DNA of 60,422 nt, the filler included, from Sphacelaria rigidula (taxonomy: Eukaryota): assembly GCA_964200075.2 (NCBI GenBank). It is 5 parts of 5 records of this genome, joined end to end, with 100 filler letters (N's around TTAATTAATTAA, not from the genome) between each part and the next. Parts side by side here need not be neighbours in the genome. Positions count along the whole stretch, not along the records: positions 12,107 to 24,112 come from CAXNAA020004241.1; 4 more parts are not named here. The stretch is one strand, 5' to 3'. Shown here piece by piece: positions 12,007 to 23,000 of the stretch (position 1 is the first letter of the stretch; the number at the start of each line of letters is the position of its first letter). The position numbers and the translations under genes are program-made. Below the pieces are notes generated by a model. That model was not told where the DNA came from. It worked only from the letters and a program-made list of their open reading frames with translations, and did not search any database.

Positions 12007-12106
12007 NNNNNNNNNNNNNNNNNNNNNNNNNNNNNNNNNNNNNNNNNNNNTTAATTAATTAANNNNNNNNNNNNNNNNNNNNNNNNNNNNNNNNNNNNNN
12101 NNNNNN
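12007..12106. other. Artificial contig spacer N44-TTAATTAATTAA-N44 (also at 24113-24212, 36217-36316, 48320-48419)
   Basis: Identical 100-nt spacer with a six-frame stop linker occurs four times, separating pieces of 12006, 12006, 12004, 12003 and 12003 nt. Confidence 0.97.
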
Positions 12107-12842
12107 TCTGCTGCAACATAAGAAGGAGGTACCCCTCCACTAGCTGACACCGGGTGACCCCACACTATACCCCTACAAGCGCAGTTAGCGGACTAATGTT
12201 ACTGGAAGGGGATTTTTTCCCGAAAATGGAAGGGGGGGGCAGAAATTCCCCACGGTGACCCCAGAATGAAACTGTCATTTTTTGCGGCGATATTTTGTTT
12301 TCGGCAGTGTCGGTATTGATTCGTACAAGGATTGGTGTCGAGGCCGTTTTTTTCAAGTTTTGCCATCAACAGCAGTCCGCGGGCCGTTCCCTTGACGCAG
12401 GAATAGAACGAGAAATAGAAGAAGGCACAGCAGTGTCGAACTTGCCGTAGTAACGACACATAGGAAGAGAGCCCAGCAGTCTCAAATTCGGCACGAGAAA
12501 TAAGAAAGACGCGTTCAAGAAAATATAGATGTTTTGGAGGAAAATATAAGAAGGACACGTTCAAGAAAAAAAGGCTGAACACACTTCAGTCCAATAAGAA
12601 ACCAGCCTCGGCCAGAATTTCATTTTTTTATGAGCGGGCCGATACTGTATATTTACTGTACAGCGCAATCGGATCAAACTACAGTGTAGTAAAAGATGTT
12701 GATGCCTACATGTTTCAGATTTTCAGGGTGACTCCACCAACAGACAGCCTTAACTCCAACTTCGGGAGGTTGGGACGGGATATTTACCCGCGATCACACC
12801 TCCATGCCAAAAACAGTACGGGGGTATTGAGGCGCTGTGCAC

Positions 12843-12953
12843 CTGCAGACCGTGGCCGCCAGCTGTGGGGTAGCGGTTGTGCGCTATTCCCATTCTCCCC
12901 TGAAGCTGCACCATATGCTCTTGCTGAAAAACGTCCTTAACCAGACCGTTGTC
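12843..12953 (-). CDS. purF: Internal exon of amidophosphoribosyltransferase (class-II glutamine amidotransferase domain)
   Basis: Acceptor TTTTCCTGTCGTCAG| and donor CAG|GTGCAC flank 37 codons [37 protein letters not shown], matching the PurF motif GLV.DVF...l.G..GIgHvRY.TAG. Confidence 0.85.
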
Positions 12954-15379
12954 CTGACGACAGGAAAAGGCATCGTGCAGCCAGGGGCGCAACAGGATGG
13001 CATGGAAACAAACAACGGGCGAGCGGGGGTGAGGGGGGGGGCGAGGGAGCAACGCAAATCGCGGGGGAACGAAGGGTTGCTGTGAAACTAGATATCTTCA
13101 TAACGACCTGATGTACATAAGATGTTCACAATGATGATCAAATGTCAAATGGCATCATGCGGGGCCATGAACATGCGCAGGGTGGCTTCAGCCGATCACC
13201 TGCTCCATGTTTCTTCCGACCGTTTTTTGGTTTTGTCAGTTCCAAGTTTAACCCCGCTCCCTCCGCCCTTTCTCTGAATTTACCCGTAGTCTCGAGGGGT
13301 GATTTCACCCTCCTCTACCCCGGTACACCCGATCGACAATTCATCATCGAGCATGGAACTAGCACTACCGCAGCCCGTCGACTTTTCGTCGAAAAAACTG
13401 TTTAACACCTGTTCTCATGCTTCCCACGACGGGGAGCAATGCATTGAGCCTTGCTGCCAGGATTCGAACCAACAAATCCTTCCACACTGGCCGATGGTGT
13501 ACCAGCTCGACCATCGGGGTACGTACGCCCATGAGGTCGTACACTAGTCACAACATATTTTCCGGCGACGGCGGAAGGTTTCGGGGGGGGGGGGGGGGAG
13601 TTGGGAGTGTGGTGGGGTGGGAGAAGGGGTGGTAGTTAACATCATGTTGTGCGCTTATCAACACCACCAACACTGCCAACACCTCCGCTATTTCCAATGT
13701 TTGGGTGCTTGCCGGATGTTATTCGGGGTCTTGTGTGAGTCATGCATATATAGGGAATGGGTGAGTGAAAGTCGCAAACTTGTCACACCCGCGGGGAGCG
13801 ACGACCCATGAAAAATACCCATTGATTTCAAGATAAAGCTGCCCCTCCCCCCCTCCTCTCCTGAAGGCGTTGTTGATCTGCCCACGACCTAGCATGGTAG
13901 ATCTGTCCTACTACGCAAGTCATCATCGCGGCCTGTCATGAAACGGTGGGGACGCCCCACTATTGGGCGATGGGTTGCCAATATCGTATGACCGCACTAC
14001 TGTGGTACCCTGCACTGTAGTGGGACCCCAGTGCAGTCATCACACACAGCAGAATTATCAATGAAGGGCAAAAAATCATGCACCTCCCGACCTCCATCAT
14101 CATGGCGAAAGGCTGCTGCACGCCTATTGGCTAGCATTTTTGCATCAATTCTGTCATCAGCCCACGCTAGCGTTCTCTTACGCCTACAAAGCCATCCTCA
14201 CAAAACTCTTGGGAGTTGTCAACGGACAGTATCTCGGAACAGAAGATAACATCGATGGACGAGGGACAAGGTGATACGCTAAGTTTACGTGGCGAGTTAT
14301 CTACGCGCGATACGTTATTCCTGTGGCTGATTCAGCGGTTTGCTGAGCCTTCCATACTACTTTTATGGTGGTTCTATTGTAACCTAGAGCCTTTCATCTG
14401 TGGTTTTGATGCTCGACTGTGTTTTAGTGGAGTCAACCCTAGGTGTTGCCCTGAACGGGTCGTAAAAAAAGACACTTCCAAAATGACGCTTCCCAAATTC
14501 GTCCTGTGGTCGGTCGTCGCGATGCCACCCTCAATATGAACGCTTCGACGCAGTTTTCTCTCGATGCTCGCTGCTTTCCAAAAAGCCTCCTGGAACTTCC
14601 CGGGGAAAAGTGTAGCTGTTCCGCCAAAGCTTGAAGACCATGAAGGAATGTTACATAGCCCGCAAGGCGATGCAGAGATATGACGAAGACATACGGCACA
14701 ACACATAATCGATTTCTGCTTCCACCAACCCACGAGAGATTCAGTACACCTTGAGCCGTAGCTGTTCATCAGCCGAGTAGTGTAGGGGTTTTCGATCTGG
14801 GGTCGATTGAAAATTGAACGATGAACAATTATTTGTGTCAGACGGGCGCCGTGTAACATGGTCAGCGTCAGTACTTTTCACGCCCTGGACAACATATGGT
14901 CAATAACTGCAATAGATAAAGGCAATGTACTGCGTAAAGTATAGGCATATTGCAACTATTGTCCATATATTGTCCACGGTGTGCAACGTTTCTGGCGCGC
15001 TCACGGCCGCTCCTCTTCCGAATTCAATCATATCGATCCCACAAGTATCGTCGGCGTTGCCAATCCCAAGCTGCAAGTATATACTTTCGCTTCTTCACGA
15101 TTGGAAGAGGATGAGGTGGTTAGTCTGAACCACGTGGGGAGGCAGACATTTTGGTGGGAAGGGGTAGCGGAACGAGCGAACCGTTTAGGCTGAGTTGTTT
15201 AAAAAAAAACGCGAATATGTTAGCTTGTGATCATGTGATACACGGGAAGAACTTGAAAGCTATATCCCGGCAACAACAAGACGCAAGGAAACGCAAGGGA
15301 TCGACGACCTGACGGACACGGAAAAAATGAAGCGTTGCGCCAATCATGGAGACAGGGGTGTTATGCCACACTAATCTAG

Positions 15380-15705
15380 CCGCCGCGCTCTCGGTGGTCC
15401 AACGGTCCGACCGTCACCGTTAGAGTAGATAGATCGTGGGTTCCATCCCTGACAGATTCGTTGGGTCCTTCTTCGAAGTATCTGATTTCCCCTGTCCAAA
15501 GCGGGGGGGGGGGGGTGCGTGAGCAGACAAAAATGATACTTGACTGAGTTTGTTTGACAAATGCTGACGCGGTGCGGGAGTGCTGACTCAATACGCGAGA
15601 TGAAAATACAACGCGTGTACCGGCGAGCAATGAGTTCATCCTTTGAGACCACGAACTCATCCCGAGGAAGGGGAGGGGTTTGAAGTGGGACAAAAGTAAA
15701 ATCAA
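15380..15705 (+). mobile_element. SINE family 1 copy
   Basis: GGGTTCCATCCC B-box-like, GAAGTATCTGATTTCC, GACGCGGTGCGGGAGTG and GAGGAAGGGGAGGGGTTTGAAG motifs in the same order. Confidence 0.65.
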
Positions 15706-17069
15706 CGACACGGTATACCCGTAACGGGAGAAAACGTGTCCCGGTGAACACATTGAAGGGCTACCGTCATCATTAAAAAAAGTCAGCATGCTGCAGTGCG
15801 AAAGATACGAATGAGTACACATCGCCACGTCTCGATCAAGACATTCTGTCGGAAGGGCTAATGGGGGTATCCGAGCTCGGGCTCAGTAACGCTGGGGCAA
15901 TCCGAAAGGCTGTCAGGCACACAGTGAGTTTCAGCCGTTCCCGAACGTCCCGAAGGGCTGTAAGAACCGTAGGTGTTGGCCATGCCGTCGGTGAAGGCGT
16001 GGTCATCTTGCTGTCGCCTGGAAGGACCACCTTGAAGGGTCTGTCCAGCCCCAGGTGGATCGTAGATTCCCGGTGCCGCTACGCATGACCATGTCTTCGA
16101 ATAAACCAGCATGTGTTGGCATGATGCGTTCCACGTGGGGTCAAAGCTACTCCACTAGCTAGGCCATCATACGTATTTCATATTCCCCCTTGACCCTTTT
16201 GGGGCCATAGTGGGCTAACCGGGGGTGACGGTTCATTGTGAATCGGCGTTATCTTCACCTGAAAACTATCGAAAATGATTCCGATTCACAAACGGATCCT
16301 GCGCACAGACCAGGTCCTTACTCCCAGCTAGTGGGAGTCCGGTCTCGGATGGGTTAATGGCTCGCTCTAGAACCACGCTAAGGTTCGCGAAGTGCAGCGC
16401 AACCGCTTCCATACTGGTTTTAGACTGCTGCGAATGCCCCCGAATCCTTATTTCGGCAGTGCAACACGCCGAATCTACAGCAGCACCCACCACACGCCAA
16501 CGTAGCCATGGACAGAGATACTGCAGATGAAGCATGGCAGGTGCGTAGCCTCAGGGCAGTGCCGCAACAGCCAGTTGAGAGACTTGACTGTTAAGATGAT
16601 CGCATTTAGTTTAAGATCTGCGGCACGTTCGATGTTTCCGGCGTCACCTGTCTTCTGAAGACGCGGCATCTTTTGTCGCGTGCCGCAGAAGACGGTAGCT
16701 GCAGAAAAATAATAGGATAGCTCATAAAATCATCTCGCCTACACACATGAATCAAGTGGCGCAAGATTCGTACTGTGATCTGAGATCAGCTTTTGAGGTC
16801 AAATTGATTAAGCGGTGGCCCATGTCATCGAAACGACACCCATTTTTCCTATTTCGCCAACAGAGCCCCAAGCTCCAATAGGAGCTCGGGAATACTTGAC
16901 GGATTGCCGTAAAACACAGACCACTGTGTGGAGATAAGCAAGAGCTACAATGCTAAACGTGATGCTGTTGTCTGCGGGTGCCTGTGCGCGTTTTCGTTAG
17001 GTTCTGTTGTTTTCGTGTACACGTGTTTCAGTGACGATCCTCGTGGTGCCCGTTGAATTTTTCAACATC

Positions 17070-17570
17070 TGTTAGGGAGAAGCACCGCTCTCCCCTCAAA
17101 AGTACGCTTGTGTTGTTCTCTCGGTAGGGCCCAAGCTGATCGTTGTAGGCAGATAAATTTTGTCGCAAAAAAATCTTGGGAGCTTTTTCTCTTGTCCCGT
17201 CAGTCCCTTGGCCGCCAGAGCCGTGTGTGATGGCGTGATTTGCATCAGCTCACACAGATGAGTTTTCTCCGGAAGATATCGGGCTAACCGACGGGGCATT
17301 ATGATTAAGGAACACCCTTTATCTACGCAGATGTCAGAACCTGCTTAAGGTGACGATCTTGGGTTACTATTTGGGTTGTTTCCATCTGCGCGTGGTCCCC
17401 TGCCCCGGTTACTCCCGTTCCTCCCTTTAGGTGGAGGCGTACTCTGAATTGAATGCACCGTTAACAATATAACTTGTGTCTTGAAAAAAATGTCTCGTCT
17501 GTACACGGCTGCCAGTCGTGCGTAGTGCGGTACGGATGATATCGATCACGCTAGCGTCCAGTCGACTGAC
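17070..17570 (+). repeat. Candidate 5' LTR of the copia element (partner ~23340-23792)
   Basis: Shared blocks ATCT..GCAG.TGTCAG, ATATAACTT.TGTCTTG and TCTGTACACGGCTGC...AGTCGTGCGTA.TGCGG.ACGG..AT.TCGATCA at both ends. TGGTACCA PBS-like motif at ~17573. The two copies are strongly diverged. Confidence 0.55.
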
Positions 17571-18815
17571 CTGGTACCACGACAAAGCGCTGAAGAAAAT
17601 CGAGAACCGATCGCTCTGAGAGAGCAAGTCGGTGAACGAAAGGGACACAGTTTGCATTTGTCTGAGCTGGTCAAAACATTAAAAGTTAGCCTCGCGTCTT
17701 CGGGGGTAAGGCAAGAAGCAGAGGGAGTGGAAAGGAAGAAGTCGGAGCAGAACAAGAGCGTCGTGAGACCGCAGGAGTAGCTCGGGTAAGGGAAGCAGGT
17801 ACTGCTGGTGACGTGGGGGAAGCAGCTGGAAGGCTAAGCGACATCGACCCTGCGGCGACCCCTTTTGGTAAAACCGTTCGGAAACATGCACGGCTTGCGA
17901 GTATTAGAGGGATTGGTTTTGAAGACTTGCACGAAAGTGCAACAGCTGAATACTCCCGCGGTATCAATCAGGCAGAGAGTGCTTGATGTTGATGGTCTTG
18001 GTTCTGGTTTTGATTCTAGTATGGGCGATGCATTCGCTGACTGACTAGATGCTGGTAGTGGTGCACAATCACATCGGTCTGACGTTGAAACGAATTATCT
18101 TTCCTATTTTCGCGTTTTCATTTGTTGCGAACATTGATATCAAGAAGATGCGTTGACCGGAAAAGCTGACTGACTGGGCTATGCAGCGGCGCACCACGCT
18201 GTGGCGGCGGACAACGCTAGCTTATTTTCCTGTGGATGAATTAGACGTGGTGTTGGAATTACGTGTACGTGTCCAAGTCGGTTCCATGATGTCTGCTGCA
18301 AGGCTAGTGGAGCAAGGAATTTCACACAGGGAGGTTGTAGCCGCGAAGGTGGTGTATCAGTTCTCGTTGGTAACCATAAAACATCACGGGAGTATGCAGA
18401 TTGTCCTCAGATGCGGATCGCCGTTGCTTGCGTGGTCACAACGGAAGAATGTATGACTCCCTGACCTCTGTTGGGGTTCTTGTGGCGTTGCTTGAGAAGT
18501 TCAGCGTCATGCAGGACACGACAGGCACCGACCCTGGAGTGACTTTCATCGCTTTCCGACACTTCACCGGCCGAAACGCATGCGAGAGGGATGTGGCGTG
18601 TCAATCACGGTGATAACCGTGAAAATGATGCCTCTCTTGCCTCCCGAACGAAACATCGTTTTTGATCCCATGCGTCATTCTGCTCGGAAGAAAGTTTCGC
18701 GAGCGCAAACGAGGGATGCTGTTCGGGGGGAAATATCTGCCCCTGAAATAGTCCGGCAAGGGAAGTGGTAATCTCGCGCTTTTTGTTGCTATGGGCTAGG
18801 GCGCTGCCCGTGAGG

Positions 18816-19276
18816 GCGCGGCGGCGGCAGCGGAAGGGGGCGAGGCGATCGTTCCGGCCAAGCTACCGAGATCACCGACGTGGGATCAGAATCGAGTCCT
18901 GCTTTGACGACGGCCTCGAAGCCAGGGGGTACCACATCCGCTGTAGGAACGTCGGAAAAGCGGAAACGCTACAACTACGGAGAGGTCGGGCACATAGGCA
19001 TGTGCTGAACCAAGAACAAGAGCAACAAATATGGCCAGCTGGGCTATTGCAACATGGCCCAGCTGGTCACATCTGTTGCTCTTGTTCCTGGCTCAGTACC
19101 TGCTGATGTGCTCAACCCCTTCGCAACTGGTCTCCGTTCCTGCGACGTTCCTACAGCGGGTGTGGTACCCCCTGGCTTCGTGATCGTCGTCAAAATTGGG
19201 GTAGATAATGGTTCGTTGTTACTGATCTTGGTGGCTTTGCCGAAGAAATTGCCTCGCCCTCTTCCGTTGCCGCGCC
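18816..19276. repeat. ~460-bp imperfect palindrome formed from the copia gag region
   Basis: Arms 18816-19044 and 19057-19276, e.g. GAAGCCAGGGGGTACCACATCCGCTGTAGGAACGTCG versus CGACGTTCCTACAGCGGGTGTGGTACCCCCTGGCTTC; 12-nt loop. Confidence 0.9.
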
Positions 19277-19667
19277 GAGTCAACCAGGACCAGCAGCAGT
19301 TGTGAAGTAGTATCGTTGGTCGGGGTAGACGAGAGGGCTGTGTTAGCTCAAGCAGAGCGTGGGGGGGGGAAGAGGGGGAGGGATATGGATAGCGGATAGT
19401 GGGTCGTGCATGATTACCCCTGTGAGAGACGGTATGCATGACGTTGTCAAAACCAACGGTAGAGCTGGCTTGACCATTGCAGATTATTCAGTGCCTCCCA
19501 TCGAGGGAAACGGGAGCTTGACGTTACTTTTTTCCAGGGCCAGGGATGTGTGTTCGTGATTCACCTAGAAAAAGCACGTACTCAGACTAGCCTGTGACCT
19601 ACTTTCTTCCAGGGTCGCGGCCGATGACAATCATCCAGCACTGGTTCAGAAATCGGCACTTATGAGT

Positions 19668-19940
19668 ACCCATGAGCGATGGGACGTTTGGTTTTGCTTC
19701 TCGGAAGGGGCCATTAATATAACCCGTGGTACTCGTCACTCGTCCCCTCCCAGCTCGACGAAGGGTGAGTTTTGCCTACATCCCAAAACAAGTCCGCAAG
19801 CGCCGTGATTGCCCATGAACGACGGGAAGTTTGGTTTTGCCTTCGGAAGGGACCATCAATATAACCCATGGTACTCGCCACTCCTCGCCTCCCAGCTAGA
19901 TGGAGGGTGAATCTGACTCATCCCAAAACGAGTTCGCAGA
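19668..19940. repeat. Diverged tandem duplication, ~143-bp unit x2
   Basis: CCCATGA.CGA.GGGA.GTTTGGTTTTGC...AATATAACCC.TGGTACTCG...CATCCCAAAAC occurs twice in tandem. Confidence 0.85.
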
Positions 19941-20159
19941 TGATGCTCCCCCCTGGTTTCATACCCCTTAATGGCCGCGTCAATATTTTTTCTTCCCCGA
20001 CAGGACGGCCACTTGAACGAGGTGCCACGTCGAGAAACAGCGAGGATATTAGTGTGGAGAGCTTGATGGTAAACTGGAGCAATACCGCGGTTTTTCGCTG
20101 GCCAAGCATCCACGGCGGCCGATTCCACGGGAGACGGCTACTCGTACGGTTGAGGGACT

Positions 20160-20720
20160 GCAAAGCGTGTTCGTTGATCTGTGCGGGCTCAAGGGTGTAC
20201 AGAGTCTAGGTGGGAGGAGACTCTAAATGTTGTTTCGGTGTGATTTTTCACAAAACTTTCAGGTGTACTTCGCACGCCTGAAATATGATACAACAGCATT
20301 TGTCGAGCAGCTCCTGGCAGATGTACGAGCAGGTGTTATTCCCTCGATTGTAGAGTGCGCACGGAGCGACGCTGGTGGGGAGTTCGAGGGAGCTTTCAGT
20401 AAAGTGTGCAGGGAACGATGCATCAAGCAGGAGATCACCGCTGCAGACAGTCCCGAGTACAAGGGGGTTGCAGAGCGCCGGATTGCGATGATGGAGGCGG
20501 CGGTAATGGCGGCGAGAGGAGATGCTGATCGTGAGTGCGGTGTTGACGTTCCGGGCTCGCTGTGGGCATGAACCGATCCGCAATAACCGCTAATCTCGAC
20601 ATGAAGTTCCCGAATAAAATGTTCTACAGAGAAGTTTCAGAGCTCAAGCTGTTGCCGTTTTGCGATATGCGGTACTGCAATCAGCAACATCCTTCGAAAT
20701 CTATGGCCAAGGCACAACAC
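20160..20720 (+). pseudogene. Copia integrase remnant
   Basis: VFVDLCG, ARSDAGGEFEGAF, TAADSPEYKGVAERR, PGSLWA motifs. Confidence 0.85.
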
Positions 20721-21519
20721 TACTTTGACCTCGGACCCGTCCGTCATCCTCGAGATTCAACACAATTGCTGACCAAGGGCCGTGACGTGATCACAGCACA
20801 CGATATGACACGGCGCCGACTTTCTGTACCCAGGTAGCAAGAAGTTTCTCCTTCGCGGGGAGGGAGGGGTGCTCCGCTAGGTACAACCGGAAAGGTCAAC
20901 TCCAACGATGGAGTTGAGGAAGGAGAAACGGCCCGGGCAACGTCCGTGACCCGTGCACGTGTAAGATGGCCGGATCCAGCGACGGTTATCCCACCGAAGA
21001 ACAACCCTCCAGTTGAACGCCTGCCGAGCGTCCGAGCCGGGAGGGTAGTGAGCGTACATGCCTGATTTGCTGCAATTTGGTAGATACAATTTCGAGCGGT
21101 GAGGGCGAGGAAAAGCCTGTACAGCCGGAGCACAGCGCAACAGATGGTGCCGCGGACACCAACTTTAGCGAGGCGGGCGATGGGTCACTTGTAGACGAGT
21201 CGCGCGCGCTTGGGCGTAGGTGGCATAAAACTCGCATCCAGGAGCAGCAGCAGCAGCAGCAGCAGCAGTAGCAGTTGTCACCGTTTGTGGAAGATGGTGC
21301 GCTGGACAGCCTCAAAAGAAACGAGGCGGGGGCTAGTATCCCTGCACCAGAGCCGCGTACGCTAGGTCACGCACGACAACAAACTGTTGCACAACAGCTG
21401 AACTTACTGGCACAGGTGGCGGACGCGACTGGGGACATCAACTTCGCGACCTCAACAGTGGCGTTCATGGCCCGTTTAGGGGATAAGTGTATTGGAATGG
21501 TACACGTAACACAGGTAGA

Positions 21520-23000
21520 GCCGGCACCCAAAACGCGTCGTGAAGTAATCGAATCGGACGACAGCAAAGTATGAGAGGGAGTCACGCAGAGTGACTTTTT
21601 TGGGTGGTGGAAAAAGGGCATTTCAAGGTGATGGAGCAGATCCCGGAGGGACGCAGGACGATTGGTACAAAGTGGCTGTGTGGTTAGAAGATCGATGAGG
21701 ATGGGCTTTCGACCGAGCACACAGCTAGGTTTGTCTGGTGGCGGAAACTACAGCAGCCCGGTGTTGATTTCGACGATACCTTCGGCCCAACCCCACCTGG
21801 TCTCACGCCAAGAGTACTGATCGTGAATGCACGTCACAACAACCTTACCATGTATCACTTGGGCGTGGAACAAGCATTCACTCAGTCCCCTCTCGAAGAG
21901 ATCTACTTGCGCTTAGCGAAAGGCTGTGGTGATTATTCGGGGCGTTACGTCAGAGTCTTGAGAGCTTCAATATGCTCAAGCAAAAAGCAAGTGGGGCGTG
22001 AAACGCCAAACCTGTGACCGACCTTGAAGAGTACGAGTCCGAGCAGAGCTCAGTGGAACCGTGCGTTTCTACGGTGGCAGAGGAGGGCCATGTACTACTG
22101 ACTGCATGTGAATGACACTCATGTATGCAACAAGGGAGCGTGCGCTAGTGTCGGGACAGCTTTGCTACTCAAGCTTCCCATAAATGATCTTGGGGAACCA
22201 GCATTCTACGGTGGATGCGTGTACGAGCACAACGGAGACAACGGTACGGTTAAAATTTCTCAGTCCGCTTTTGTGGAGAAAATCATCGACAAGTTTGCTG
22301 TTACGCGCACTGTCCCCACCCCGCATTCGTCGGACGTGGGAAGATAGGGCGAGAGTGGACGAAGGTGGATCTACAGTCAATGACCCGTATGGGCAAGCGG
22401 TGGGAGCGTTTTTGTGGCTGCCCAATAATACTCGCCCAGAGATCGCGAACGACGTGGGGGAAGTGTCGTGACGCAGCCAATATTTTTCAGATGATGACTG
22501 GCTGAGGGTGGTTCGCATTTCAGAGAACCTGAAAAGCACGCGAGATTAAGGTGTCACTTACGAGCATGGTTCGGTTGAAGGACTAGTAGCACACTAACGC
22601 CGAATACGCCAACTTAGGGGAAAGACGATCTGCGACGGGAGGCGTTTTGATGTTTGGAGGTGCGATTATGGTTTGTGTGTGTCGAGGACCAGGGCAATGT
22701 ACCGTTGCCCAGCACTGAGGATTAGTAAGTAGCAGCTGGGAAGGTGGCCAAAGAGTTTTTTTTGTGCGGGAATTTCTCAACTTCGTTTAACCAGATTGTA
22801 CGTTCAAAAGTAATAACACCGATGATGACTACAGGGGGTATGTGGGATTGGTTGGGGTTGGATCAACATCGACGTACGTCATCATTGTCTCTGTGAACTA
22901 GTTTGTAATGGCAAATTTCGGGCTAGTACATACGATCCGAACAACAACACGCTGACATCATGACCCAAGGTCGTGTCTAGAGCGAGTTTCGCGTTCCACA
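21520..23000 (+). pseudogene. Copia reverse transcriptase/RNase H remnant
   Basis: GVDFDDTFGP, MYHLGVEQAF, INDLGEPAFYGG, KISQSAFVEKI, PYGQAVGAFLWL..TRPEIANDV, RRSATGG, IDVRHH motifs in shifting frames. Confidence 0.85.

Noticed and set aside
12051-12062. TTAATTAATTAA motif recurring every ~12.1 kb
   Set aside because: Artificial six-frame-stop linker embedded in N runs, not biological.
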